This document shows positions 7,983-17,336 of a stretch of 20,139 bases of DNA, in pieces (the stretch's first letter is position 1; each line of letters starts with the position of its first letter). Under the pieces are notes generated by a model. It was given only the letters and a program-made list of their open reading frames with translations, was not told the origin of the DNA and did not search any database. This DNA comes from Bdellovibrionia bacterium. Its GTDB lineage: Bacteria; Bdellovibrionota; UBA1018. The translations under genes were made by a program, and so were the position numbers. The stretch covers positions 1 to 20,139 of the forward strand of contig JBMSSC010000040.1 in assembly GCA_049424145.1 (NCBI GenBank). The letters run 5' to 3'.

Positions 7983-10211
7983 ATGACTTCCACTCAGAAT
8001 GTGTTCCGCAGAAAAGCACTTGAAGAGGCCCTCTTTCGGCCCGCAAAAGTCTTCAGTCCCCCTCGGGATCATCAGGGCAGGGCGTTGCGGATCCCTGAGT
8101 TTTTTGGAAAAAATACCTTTGATCTTCCTCAAATGAAGGAGAGGCTCCCTGAAGCCATTTACCTGAAGATCGTCGATAGCTTGAAGTTGGGCAAGCCCCT
8201 GGACGCCGATATTGCGGCTTCGGTGGCGAGTGCTGTTTTAAAATGGGCCACTGAAAAAGGAGCCACTCATTTCTGTCATTGGTTTCAGCCTCAGACGGGA
8301 TCAACGGCTGAGAAGCATGATGCCTTTTTAAGCCTCGATGCCCAGGGCCGTCCGAAGGAGGAGTTCACTCAGGCTCAGCTGATTCAAAGTGAGCCCGATG
8401 CCTCAAGCTTCCCCTCTGGCGGGATGCGCAATACCTTTGAAGCTCGGGGCTACACGGCCTGGGATCCGAGTAGCCCGATGTTTATCACCGAGTCAGGCGG
8501 TGTGAAGACGTTGTGCATTCCCTCGGTGTTTCTCAGTTACCATGGGGATGCGTTAGATGAGAAAACTCCGTTGTTAAAAAGTCTCCAAGTGCTCTCGGAT
8601 AAAGCCAAAGCCCTTTTGGAGCTCATGGGGGATTTAAGTGTTCATCGCGTTGTGACCACTTTAGGAATCGAGCAGGAGTACTTTCTCATGGATCGAGCGT
8701 TCTACGCGCAAAGGCCCGATCTGATCATGTGTAACCGGACGCTCATAGGTGGTCAGCCCCCTAAAGGCCAGCAGCTCGAGGACCACTACTTTGGGAGCAT
8801 TCCTGAGCGTGTTCAGGCATTTATGGCGGATCTGGAGTATGAACTCTTAAAGCTCTCCGTTCCTCTGAAGACTCGGCACAATGAAGTAGCTCCATGTCAG
8901 TTTGAAACGGCTCCCATTTTTGAAGAAGCCGACCTTGCCATCGATCATAACCAATTGGTTATGGAGACCTTAAAGAAAATCGCCCAGCGGCATGACTTCA
9001 AAGCGCTTCTTCATGAGAAGCCTTTTGCTGGACTCAACGGCTCTGGCAAACACTGCAATTGGTCCCTGTCCGTTTGTTCAGACGATCCAGAATTAGATGG
9101 GTTGAACTTGCTGAATCCTGGAAAACTGCCCTCCCAAAATCTCCGATTTTTAATCTTCCTCGCAGCGGTGCTCAAAGGAGTCCATCAGCACGGGGGCTTA
9201 CTGAGAGCTGGAATCGCCACCTCAGGCAATGATCATCGCCTAGGAGCCAATGAAGCGCCCCCTGCGATCCTATCCGTGTTTTTAGGGGATTTACTATCGA
9301 AGGTTTTAGATGAGATTGAGACCACGCATGAGCTAGGGAAAGATGTTCCCAGCCGGATCATTAAGCTTGCGATCCATAAACTCCCCCAAATCACTCAGGA
9401 TGCGACGGATCGAAACCGGACTTCTCCTTTTGCTTTCACGGGCAATAAGTTTGAGTTTCGAGCCGTAGGGGCCTCGGTCTCACCCTCCTTTCCAGTTGCT
9501 CTTGTCAACACGGCGGTGGCAGGAGCGATCTCTGAACTCACGGAAAGTTTAAGACAAAAGTTGGCTCAAAAGACTCCCTTGGATTTGGCCATCTTTCAAG
9601 TGGTGCGTGAAGTCGTGCGGGAAACTAAGGCGATTCGATTTGAAGGCAATAACTACTCATCCGAGTGGGCAACGGAGGCTGAAAAGCGAGGTCTTCCCCA
9701 TTTAAGAAAAACCCCAGAGGCATTAGCTCAGTTGCTAGAGCCCTCCTCAAAACACCTGTTGACCAGCCTTGGGGTGTTCTCCGAAGCCGAGCTCATCTCC
9801 CGGTTTCATGTCCGAATTGAGCGCTACTTAAAAGACCTGCAAATTGAGCTCGATACGCTCAAGCAGCTGGTGGACACAGCAGTTTTACCGGCCTGTTTTG
9901 ACGATTTGGAGTCACGGGCTTGTGGAATGAACCAGATGAAGCTTGCGGGCTTCAATCAGGTCCCTCAAGAAACGAGCCTAAAGCTGATGACTGAGTGGGT
10001 TCTGGAGCTTCAGGAAAAACGGACGGCTTTGAGTGAGTTTGAAAAACGAGTCGTGGCTTTATCTAAAGAAGAGGCCAAGGCAGCCCTGTTTGCCTCAGAA
10101 GGCGTGGCGCTTTTTGACAAGATTCGAAGCCTCTGTGATCGACTTGAAGGAAGGGTTGACGATCGACTTTGGCCTCTGCCTAAGTATCGGGAGATGTTGT
10201 TTTTATCCTAG
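7983..10211 (+). CDS. glnA: Glutamine synthetase type III (GSIII/GlnN family)
   Basis: 742 aa with GSIII signatures ATHFCHWFQP, EKHDAF, EPDASSFPSGG.R.TFEARGYTAWD, HEKPFAGLNGSGKH.NWS, HRLGANEAPPAI, DRNRTSPFAFTGNKFEFR, WPLPKYREMLF; GGAGG RBS. Confidence 0.96.
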   Translation: MTSTQNVFRRKALEEALFRPAKVFSPPRDHQGRALRIPEFFGKNTFDLPQMKERLPEAIYLKIVDSLKLGKPLDADIAASVASAVLKWATEKGATHFCHWFQPQTGSTAEKHDAFLSLDAQGRPKEEFTQAQLIQSEPDASSFPSGGMRNTFEARGYTAWDPSSPMFITESGGVKTLCIPSVFLSYHGDALDEKTPLLKSLQVLSDKAKALLELMGDLSVHRVVTTLGIEQEYFLMDRAFYAQRPDLIMCNRTLIGGQPPKGQQLEDHYFGSIPERVQAFMADLEYELLKLSVPLKTRHNEVAPCQFETAPIFEEADLAIDHNQLVMETLKKIAQRHDFKALLHEKPFAGLNGSGKHCNWSLSVCSDDPELDGLNLLNPGKLPSQNLRFLIFLAAVLKGVHQHGGLLRAGIATSGNDHRLGANEAPPAILSVFLGDLLSKVLDEIETTHELGKDVPSRIIKLAIHKLPQITQDATDRNRTSPFAFTGNKFEFRAVGASVSPSFPVALVNTAVAGAISELTESLRQKLAQKTPLDLAIFQVVREVVRETKAIRFEGNNYSSEWATEAEKRGLPHLRKTPEALAQLLEPSSKHLLTSLGVFSEAELISRFHVRIERYLKDLQIELDTLKQLVDTAVLPACFDDLESRACGMNQMKLAGFNQVPQETSLKLMTEWVLELQEKRTALSEFEKRVVALSKEEAKAALFASEGVALFDKIRSLCDRLEGRVDDRLWPLPKYREMLFLS

Positions 10212-10214
10212 AGT

Positions 10215-10232
10215 TTGAGCTAGAAAGCTCAA
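10215..10232 (+). other. Stem-loop directly after the glnA stop (no U-tract)
   Basis: TTGAGCT-AGAA-AGCTCAA, a perfect 7-bp stem. Confidence 0.35.
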
Positions 10233-10314
10233 GCAGCTGAGTCGAAACGCAGGTCGTCAAGGAGTTCGTAATGGAGTGGTCAAAAGAGGCGCTGATCTGA
10301 TGATGGGGAGTTCA

Positions 10315-11271
10315 ATGGGAGACCCTAAGCATCATCGGCGTTCAGTGCGTCATCTCCTCTCAGTCTCTCAGCTCAGCCTTGAGGAAATTCAAGAGATTTT
10401 AAATTTATCCTCCGAGATGGAGGAGCAGCTGAAGAGGATGCCCCAGCTCAACCGGCTTCCAGGGAGAATCTTAGCCTCGCTCTTCTTTGAGCCCAGCACG
10501 AGGACTCGGTTCTCATTTGAGGCTGCGATCTTGAAACTGGGTGGCTCGGTGATTCAGGCTGCAGGTTCCAGTTCGTCTTTGGAAAAAGGGGAGTCCTTTG
10601 AGGATACGGGCCGAGTTTTAAGCCGATTAGCGGATGTGATCGTCCTGCGGCATCCTCTGGAGCATGCGGTGCATGAGGTGGCTCGGGGCTCCAGTGTTCC
10701 TGTGATTAATGCAGGCAATGGCTCCAGTGAGCATCCCACTCAGGCTCTTTTGGACCTCTATTCGATCTCAAAAGCCCATCCTGAGTGTCGTGGGTTAAAA
10801 GTGGGCTTTGTGGGCGATTTGCTTTATGGAAGGGCCGCTCATTCTACAATTGAGATTTTAAGTCGTTTTGAAACTCAGTTTGCTCTGATCTCGCATCCGA
10901 GTCTGAGGCTCTCATCCGAGCGACTAGCAGCCCTTCAAATGCGAGGCTGCCAGGTTTTAGAGACTCAAGATCTGCAGTCAGTTCTCCCTGAACTCGATGT
11001 GCTTTATGTGACCCGCGTTCAAAAAGAGCGCTTTTCAGATCCCTCCCACTATGAAGCTGTCAAAAACGCCTATCGGATTGACGCAACGATGCTCAAAAAA
11101 GCAAAAAAAACTCTTTCTCTCCTTCATCCCTTGCCCCGCCTTGATGAAATCGCAGGGGAAGTTGATCATGACCCGCGAGCGGGTTATTGGGACCAAGTCT
11201 CCAATGGGGTCTTTGTTCGCATGGCTGTATTAGCCTGGTTGACTCAGAAGTCTGTTTCTAGTCTTGAGTGA
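10315..11271 (+). CDS. pyrB: Aspartate carbamoyltransferase catalytic subunit
   Basis: FFEPSTRTRFSFE (carbamoyl-phosphate site), KGES..DT, HPTQALLD, TRVQKERF, HPLPR, NG..VRMA. Start at ATG 10315 after GGGGAG; 10300 and 10303 are possible. Confidence 0.96.
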   Translation: MGDPKHHRRSVRHLLSVSQLSLEEIQEILNLSSEMEEQLKRMPQLNRLPGRILASLFFEPSTRTRFSFEAAILKLGGSVIQAAGSSSSLEKGESFEDTGRVLSRLADVIVLRHPLEHAVHEVARGSSVPVINAGNGSSEHPTQALLDLYSISKAHPECRGLKVGFVGDLLYGRAAHSTIEILSRFETQFALISHPSLRLSSERLAALQMRGCQVLETQDLQSVLPELDVLYVTRVQKERFSDPSHYEAVKNAYRIDATMLKKAKKTLSLLHPLPRLDEIAGEVDHDPRAGYWDQVSNGVFVRMAVLAWLTQKSVSSLE

Positions 11272-11336
11272 ATGACGGCGTTTGGTTAAGACTAAGGCAA
11301 ACTCTGCCCCCGAGGCAGGAAAAAATGAGGTTTCTT

Positions 11337-12536
11337 ATGCCCAGGCCCCTATCGAAGAAAATCCTAGCCGTTCAGCCTTCTTTGACCGTTGCGCTGAATT
11401 CAAAAGCCAATCAAATGATGAAAGAAGGGTTGCCCGTCTTAAGCTTTGCCGTGGGAGAGCCTCATTTCAATACACCCCAGATTGTGGTTCAAGCTGCCAT
11501 TGAAGCCCTCAATCAGGGGAAAACAAAGTATGGGGTTCCAGGTGGTGGACTGGCGCTGAGGCAAGCCATCTGCGCGAAGCTTCGAAGCGAGAACCACCTG
11601 GAGTTTTCCGATCAACAGATTGTCGTTGGAATTGGGGCCAAGGAGATCTTGTTTCATCTCATGTTAAGTCTTCTTAATGAGGGGGACGAGGTGCTGATTC
11701 CGGCTCCTTATTGGGTGAGTTATGCAGATCAAGTGATTGCAGCAGGAGGGGTTCCTGTGGTGATTCCTCTGCCCGAAGGCTTTCCGAAAACGACCCTGGA
11801 CCTTGCTTTAATCGAGCGCTTTGCATCGCCGAAGACGGTTGCCATTCTGCTCAATTCTCCGAACAACCCGGTGGGCTATGTTTATTCCAAATCAGAGCTC
11901 GTGGCCCTGGGGAATTATTTAAAGACTAAGGACTGGTGGGTGGTTTGCGATGAAATCTATGAGTACCTCTGTTTTGATCAGCCTCACATTTCCCTACTGG
12001 AGGTTTTTCCAGAGCTTAAGGATCGTTTGATTTTGATTAACGGGCTTTCGAAAAGCTTCAGTATGACCGGATGGAGAGTGGGATATGGAGCCGGTCCTGA
12101 GTCGGTCATGAAGTTAGTTAGAAGTTTACAGAGTCATTCCTCCACGTGTTTGCCGGGATTCATTGAGGAGGCAGCCCGAGTAGCGATTCAGGGGGGGCGC
12201 ATGCTCATGAAAACGGAGATTGAAGCTTTAAATCAACTCCGCGAAAAAGCAGCCGTAGAGTTTGCGAAAATCCCTGAGGTGCAGTTTGCTTCTCCTCAAG
12301 GAGCTTTTTACTTCTTTTTAGATTTTAGAAAAATTTTAGCTGAGAAGCGAGGTGGGATGACGACCTCCTTTGAGCTGGCTCAGTGGTTTTTAGAAAAGCA
12401 CCATGTCGCATTGGTCCCCGGTGAGGCGTTTGGCGCTCCGGGTTTCATTCGATTCAGCTATGCAGTGAGTGAGTCCATCTTACTCAAAGGTATTCATCGA
12501 ATGGCCCAGGCTTTGAGCGAGCTCAAGAAGCCCTAG
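11337..12536 (+). CDS. aspC: PLP-dependent class I/II aminotransferase (aspartate aminotransferase AspC-like)
   Basis: GEP.F.TP, PAPYWVSY, NSPNNP.G, DEIYE, SKSFSMTGWRVG (PLP lysine), PQGAFYFF, VPGEAFG, IRFSYA. Start ATG 11337 after GAGG; 11325 is an alternative. Substrate specificity is inferred. Confidence 0.88.
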   Translation: MPRPLSKKILAVQPSLTVALNSKANQMMKEGLPVLSFAVGEPHFNTPQIVVQAAIEALNQGKTKYGVPGGGLALRQAICAKLRSENHLEFSDQQIVVGIGAKEILFHLMLSLLNEGDEVLIPAPYWVSYADQVIAAGGVPVVIPLPEGFPKTTLDLALIERFASPKTVAILLNSPNNPVGYVYSKSELVALGNYLKTKDWWVVCDEIYEYLCFDQPHISLLEVFPELKDRLILINGLSKSFSMTGWRVGYGAGPESVMKLVRSLQSHSSTCLPGFIEEAARVAIQGGRMLMKTEIEALNQLREKAAVEFAKIPEVQFASPQGAFYFFLDFRKILAEKRGGMTTSFELAQWFLEKHHVALVPGEAFGAPGFIRFSYAVSESILLKGIHRMAQALSELKKP

Positions 12537-12558
12537 GGTAAGCCGATCTAGGCATGCT

Positions 12559-14424
12559 TTACTGCATCTCTTGCTGGGCAGGAGCGAATAAATAGGGATT
12601 GAAATTTTGGTTTTTTTTCTCTTTTTGGCGTTGCTTGATTTTGGCGAGATAGTGGTTGAGGTTTTCTTTGGCTTGTTTAAACTCAGAAATTCCTTTTTGT
12701 TCCAGTTCTCCGAGTTCTTTTGCGCCTTGGGTACAGATGGTTTGGGTTAAACTGATCAGTTGATTTTTCTGCTCCTGGGATAAAGTTGGAATCTTCAACA
12801 GAGCGTTGAGCTCCCGAAGAAGGGAATTAATGCCATTTTTCTTTTCTTGAATCTGAATTAAAAAAAGACCCTCAAAAAGATCCTCGATTCCGAGATCTCT
12901 TTGAATAGTGCTAAGAGGTGTCTTTTCGTCATAGTAAGCCCCGAAATCGGGAAGATCATGATTGAGAGAGTTTAGATTATCGCGAAGCCCAAAGGCAACC
13001 ACGCAGAGAGATCCAATACAGGAATAATCTCCTAAGATTTCAGTTGCCGAGGGAGAAAATCCTCCCACCCAGCCTGCTTGAATCATGGCCACTAAAAGAA
13101 CTTGTGCCGTGTCAGTGGTTCCTAGACACATATTCAATTGTTCATCACTCGAGTAGTTGGGATGATTAAAAAAAGGATCGTATTTTTTCAACAAAGATTC
13201 AAATTGAGGAGAGGTTTGAATTCTCCCCAGATAGCGATCTCGCCTAATCTGATAGCTTTGACGTCCGCTCATCGCCAATGAGCAACCCAACGAGGCTGTC
13301 GCAACCGTGGGTCCTGCCCAAATGGGTAAGCTGCAGCAACCCATGGGTGAGGTGGCGATCGTCGCTCCCATGGAAGCAGCTGAAAGAATTAAGTTTTGGT
13401 AGTTCCATTTTTTTATACGGTTAACCGCGCTTCGTTCCGATGGAAGCATTTCCTCTAAAGACTGAAACGCGAGTAGAGGGTTTTTTAAGACTGAAAGTGG
13501 ATTGCTCTCGGGGCCTTTCTTGGCGCGTCTTGCTGCTTCCCACCATTTTTTTCGAACCTCGATCTGATTGATGCTTTGTGTTTGTGCCGATCTTGAGCTG
13601 AATGAGGGATGCTCCTCTTGATCGAGGGTCTTTTCAAAGGCCTCCGAAAGAGTAGCTATTTTTGCCTGATACGGAAGAGTGTTGAGCTCACCTGTGATAC
13701 TGGTTAATTGAGCAGGTTCATTTGGGCGGTCTGAGTTTTTTTGATACGAAATGTGGCGGTAGGTATCTCGAAGGTAACGAGAAATGGACTGCTCCAGCGA
13801 ATATCCTTCGTACTCAAATTGCTTGAGAAATTGGCGGACTTTATCTTCAAGTCCAATCGAGGTTGGATCCATTATATAACCTGAGTTCTCCTGGATGCAT
13901 CCGTCGGGAAAGGAAGGAGTCCTCACTCGGTCGCTTGAGTATCTTTTTAAAAACGTCTTCATCTCGTCTTGAGATTTCATTTGGCAACTGAAGATCTGAT
14001 TGGGGTTCTGCTCGTGGATAGGGGTTTCATCGTAAATGTAGGAGTATCTTGGAGAGCTGGGTTGGGGCTTTTGCGATCCTAAGTTCTTGATGGAATTAAA
14101 AATCTTTTCTGTCTCAAGAATCAGAGATTGCAGTGTGGTTTTTGGTGGAAGGGAAGAGTCAGAAAATGGGGTGGAGAGAAGGGGAACGATCTCATTTTGG
14201 TTTTCCTCTGGGTTGACTGATTGAGGCTCCGCCGTTTGCGCTTGAGGGGAATGAGGGCCAGGATGAGAAAGCTCAATGACTTTTCCTGGCTTTTTTTGAC
14301 CTTCTGAATTGATCGAAGACTGCGCCCATCCGCTGGATTCCATGATCCAGAACAAGCATGAGCCCATTAAAATGAGCTTGAATCGATTGAATGGATGGGG
14401 CTCTCTTTGAAAACGGTTTCTCAT
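12559..14424 (-). CDS. Hypothetical exported protein with two internal Gly/Ala/Cys-rich hydrophobic segments and a C-terminal coiled coil
   Basis: 621-aa ORF; basic N-terminus, hydrophobic stretch and SSGWA-Q cleavage-like site; Pro/Gln/Ser-rich linker; no family recognised. Confidence 0.75.
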   Translation of the reverse strand: MRNRFQREPHPFNRFKLILMGSCLFWIMESSGWAQSSINSEGQKKPGKVIELSHPGPHSPQAQTAEPQSVNPEENQNEIVPLLSTPFSDSSLPPKTTLQSLILETEKIFNSIKNLGSQKPQPSSPRYSYIYDETPIHEQNPNQIFSCQMKSQDEMKTFLKRYSSDRVRTPSFPDGCIQENSGYIMDPTSIGLEDKVRQFLKQFEYEGYSLEQSISRYLRDTYRHISYQKNSDRPNEPAQLTSITGELNTLPYQAKIATLSEAFEKTLDQEEHPSFSSRSAQTQSINQIEVRKKWWEAARRAKKGPESNPLSVLKNPLLAFQSLEEMLPSERSAVNRIKKWNYQNLILSAASMGATIATSPMGCCSLPIWAGPTVATASLGCSLAMSGRQSYQIRRDRYLGRIQTSPQFESLLKKYDPFFNHPNYSSDEQLNMCLGTTDTAQVLLVAMIQAGWVGGFSPSATEILGDYSCIGSLCVVAFGLRDNLNSLNHDLPDFGAYYDEKTPLSTIQRDLGIEDLFEGLFLIQIQEKKNGINSLLRELNALLKIPTLSQEQKNQLISLTQTICTQGAKELGELEQKGISEFKQAKENLNHYLAKIKQRQKEKKNQNFNPYLFAPAQQEMQ

Positions 14425-14508
14425 AAGTCGAATAAATGAGCTAAATGCCTTTTAAATTGATGATTTTATTTTAGTTCTTAATTTATATCGGAAATAAATA
14501 AAAATATC

Positions 14509-14537
14509 TTGAGTTCTGTGGTTCCGTATTGTAGAAA
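14509..14537 (+). promoter_or_regulatory. Possible sigma70 promoter (TTGAGT-17-TAGAAA) in an AT-rich divergent intergenic region
   Basis: TTGAGT 14509-14514, 17-nt spacer, TAGAAA 14532-14537, preceded by an A/T-rich tract. Confidence 0.3.
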
Positions 14538-14650
14538 TAGGGCGTTTCTTCCAGTTTTTTTGCTTGGACCGTCCGATCGAGGAAGGAAAGAGAATCAAAA
14601 GAGCTTGGAGTGAAGAACATTCGCCTTGTGGCGTGGGGTTTAAAAAGAGC

Positions 14651-15340
14651 ATGATGAATCAAGGGGTTAAAAGAGTTCGTTTGGATTTTTGTTCATTGTT
14701 GATGGGAGTGGGCTTTGCTTTTCTTGGGATGGGCCTTCCTTCTGTTGTTTTTGCAGGTCCTAATTTTTCAAAGATCAGAAGTGAGATCAATGAGGGCACT
14801 GAGTTTCTCCAGGATCAGGAGTTCAAAGTTCAGGAGCCGTTTAGAATCCTCTTTAAATTGAGGGACTTGGACTTAGAGGTTCAAGCAGATTTAGATTCAG
14901 AACTGGATTTAGCAAGAATTCATGATCAGGAGTTACAACGGGTTCTTGAAAAAAAACAAGGGTCTGGCGAATCCAAAGAAATCCTGTTCAGTCTTCTTGA
15001 GAAGCTCATGAAGGATCGATCTCAAGCGAGAGATGCATTGGTTCGTCTCAAAAAAGCGAGTGAAGAGGCCTATCAAGCAGATCAATTGATTCGGGCAGTG
15101 ATGAGCGAAGTGTATGATTACCTCAGAGCCCGCGAATGGGTACGGGCGTCGATTTTGGAAAAAGATGGAAAGTTTTCCTGGAAGTATCGTTGGTTAAATC
15201 ACCATGAAGCGGTGGCTTCGATTCCCTTCCGGTTGGATCAGGCGCTAAGAGAGCTTGAGCTCAACCAGATGGAACAGATTGAGACAATTGTATTCGAAGC
15301 TCGTCAAAAGATCACGGCGCACGCTGATCACCACAGATAG
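14651..15340 (+). CDS. Hypothetical exported alpha-helical protein
   Basis: From ATG 14651 (or 14654): KRVR, hydrophobic stretch, VFA-G signal peptide, then an E/L/K/R-rich helical sequence. The 3' end overlaps the convergent DUF2723 gene by 29 bp. Confidence 0.7.
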   Translation: MMNQGVKRVRLDFCSLLMGVGFAFLGMGLPSVVFAGPNFSKIRSEINEGTEFLQDQEFKVQEPFRILFKLRDLDLEVQADLDSELDLARIHDQELQRVLEKKQGSGESKEILFSLLEKLMKDRSQARDALVRLKKASEEAYQADQLIRAVMSEVYDYLRAREWVRASILEKDGKFSWKYRWLNHHEAVASIPFRLDQALRELELNQMEQIETIVFEARQKITAHADHHR

Positions 15341-17156
15341 GGTGCTTCAAGTTTGAGACAGCACAAAGATTTTGCCTTGCAACTTCACATTTAAAAGGCG
15401 TTTGAAACGCTATTTGCCACAGTTGCATGGCTTGAGAGGAGTCCCCGTTCAAATGAGCTTCATTGGCCTTGGCCAGCCAATATGTGCAGTACTGCTCAGA
15501 TAAATGAGCCTTGATTGCACCTTGAATTCTTAGTCTGGGGCTTCGAGTATCGTTTTGTATTTTAAGATTCAAAGCGGAAGCATCATCAAAGAAAACGCCT
15601 GTCCCCTGTGTCCACAGACGGCCTAATCCAAAATAAGTGAGCTTGAGTTGAGCGTCGTGTTCCAGGCCGTTGGGCGTAAAGACGTTTACGTTTTTTTGGA
15701 CATTCGGAATCACCAGGTCGTGGGTGAGGTGCAGTTCCCGTTGGTTGAAGACTCGCGTGGGATCCTTCATTTGAAATTGAGGGAGTCGATTCTTAATTTT
15801 TTCGTAATACCAAGGGTGAAATAAAAGAGAAGGAGAGATCACCGGAATGGCGGGCTCTCGGTTGAGAACGTTTTGAAGGTAACGAATTGCAAAATAGGCG
15901 CTGTCTTCATTTTGGAGGATGATGGTCGGTTTGTGTTGGCCTGCAATTTTAAGAAAGTTCTCAGCGTACTCTTCAATGATGGCATCGTGATGGAGATTTT
16001 TGAGCATCAGGAAATGCTCTGAGAAGGTTCCCAAAGAGAGGAAGACCAGGGTGGGACCTAATATTTTTTCCTGAAGGGAAAACGAAGTTTGAGAAAATAA
16101 ATGAACAATAACCACCATGATTTGAATTAGGGGCATCACGTGAAATCTTTTAACCACCTCAGCTCCAATTCCCTCGGGTTTGACGTTCAAAACGACGAGA
16201 AAAAGAAGAGAGAGAAAAAGGCTTAGCAACCAGAGGAGAAGGTGCAGGTTGCTAGTTTTCCGTTGGTATTGACTTCGGAACGCCACGAGACTTGAGAACC
16301 CTAAAAGAGCCAAGATCTCGAACCCTGAAGTCTGAAGAAAAAACCAGAGCCCCTGGAGTCCAAAGAACTCCGAGTGAACGGTACTTAAGAGTTGAAAAGT
16401 CCCATAATCGGCTCTTAAGAAGTGCCGAAAAATGGCCTTGAAATTGGACAAATTTCCCCAAGAAAAAAAATCCGATTCGTGCATCCAGTGCAGACTGAGA
16501 TAGAGCCCTAGGGTTAGGGTCAAACCGAAGAGTGAGCCCATGAGGAAGGACATTTTCTGATCGGGTCTTTTTCGGGAGACCAAGGCAACAGTTAATAAAA
16601 TCGGGAATAAAAAAATGAGAGTTTGATGATGGGCAAGGCCTAGAAAAAATAAAAATGGAATAAAAAAAGATCTCACTTTGGAATCCAGAGGAGAGAAAAA
16701 GTAGAGGTTGCCGATAGCGGCAATAAAAAGACTGTGCAGAGAAAAAACATCGGGCAATACGGCTGCTTCAGAAAAACAGGAGGCCAGGCCTAAGGAGAAA
16801 AGACAAAGTCCCAGGGCTAAAATTCTGTGGCGCAGAGGATAGGTGAGGATTCCTAGAGCAAAAAGAGCAAAGATCGAGTTGAGAACCGATGCTCGCCAAA
16901 AGATGGTCCCTGAGGAAACGGTATGGGTAAAAACCCACTGAAGCCAGATCCAAAGGGGGTAGCCCGGAGGGTGCGCGACGTTGAGTCGGTAGGCTGCTGC
17001 GACGAGTTCGCCCGGATCTCCTCCTTGAACATGAAGAGGTAGACTGATGAAGTAGATCCAGCCTATGATGCTCAGAAGTCCAAAATAGAGGAAAATTGTG
17101 GGGAATCGCAAGGAGGATGCCCACGGCTTAATCAGGCTTTCACGGGATGGTTTCAT
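15312..17156 (-). CDS. DUF2723 / TMEM260-like multi-pass membrane GT-C glycosyltransferase (putative protein O-mannosyltransferase)
   Basis: Signature GD.GEL.AAA..L.VAHPPGYPLW after the first TM helix; LGLAHHQT; HFLRADYGTF; many TM segments; soluble C-terminal domain with TPR-like end; GAGGA RBS. Confidence 0.85.
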   Translation of the reverse strand: MKPSRESLIKPWASSLRFPTIFLYFGLLSIIGWIYFISLPLHVQGGDPGELVAAAYRLNVAHPPGYPLWIWLQWVFTHTVSSGTIFWRASVLNSIFALFALGILTYPLRHRILALGLCLFSLGLASCFSEAAVLPDVFSLHSLFIAAIGNLYFFSPLDSKVRSFFIPFLFFLGLAHHQTLIFLFPILLTVALVSRKRPDQKMSFLMGSLFGLTLTLGLYLSLHWMHESDFFSWGNLSNFKAIFRHFLRADYGTFQLLSTVHSEFFGLQGLWFFLQTSGFEILALLGFSSLVAFRSQYQRKTSNLHLLLWLLSLFLSLLFLVVLNVKPEGIGAEVVKRFHVMPLIQIMVVIVHLFSQTSFSLQEKILGPTLVFLSLGTFSEHFLMLKNLHHDAIIEEYAENFLKIAGQHKPTIILQNEDSAYFAIRYLQNVLNREPAIPVISPSLLFHPWYYEKIKNRLPQFQMKDPTRVFNQRELHLTHDLVIPNVQKNVNVFTPNGLEHDAQLKLTYFGLGRLWTQGTGVFFDDASALNLKIQNDTRSPRLRIQGAIKAHLSEQYCTYWLAKANEAHLNGDSSQAMQLWQIAFQTPFKCEVARQNLCAVSNLKHPICGDQRAP

Positions 17157-17336
17157 GTGGTCCTCTCGGAATAGAAAAAAGTGTATTTTAATTTAATCAG
17201 AATCAGTTGAGTTTATCCAGCTTTCTTCAATTGGATCGGCGATGGGCTCGAGTTTTTAAAACTCCAAGAGTCCGGTCTCAGCTGTATAAAAGGGTAAGCT
17301 GAAGTTTGACTTTGGACTCGGGGGGCTTCGTGGGAC

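Noticed and set aside
10212..10314. PyrR attenuator upstream of pyrB
   Set aside because: No PyrR-binding loop consensus and no U-tailed terminator; only one simple hairpin.
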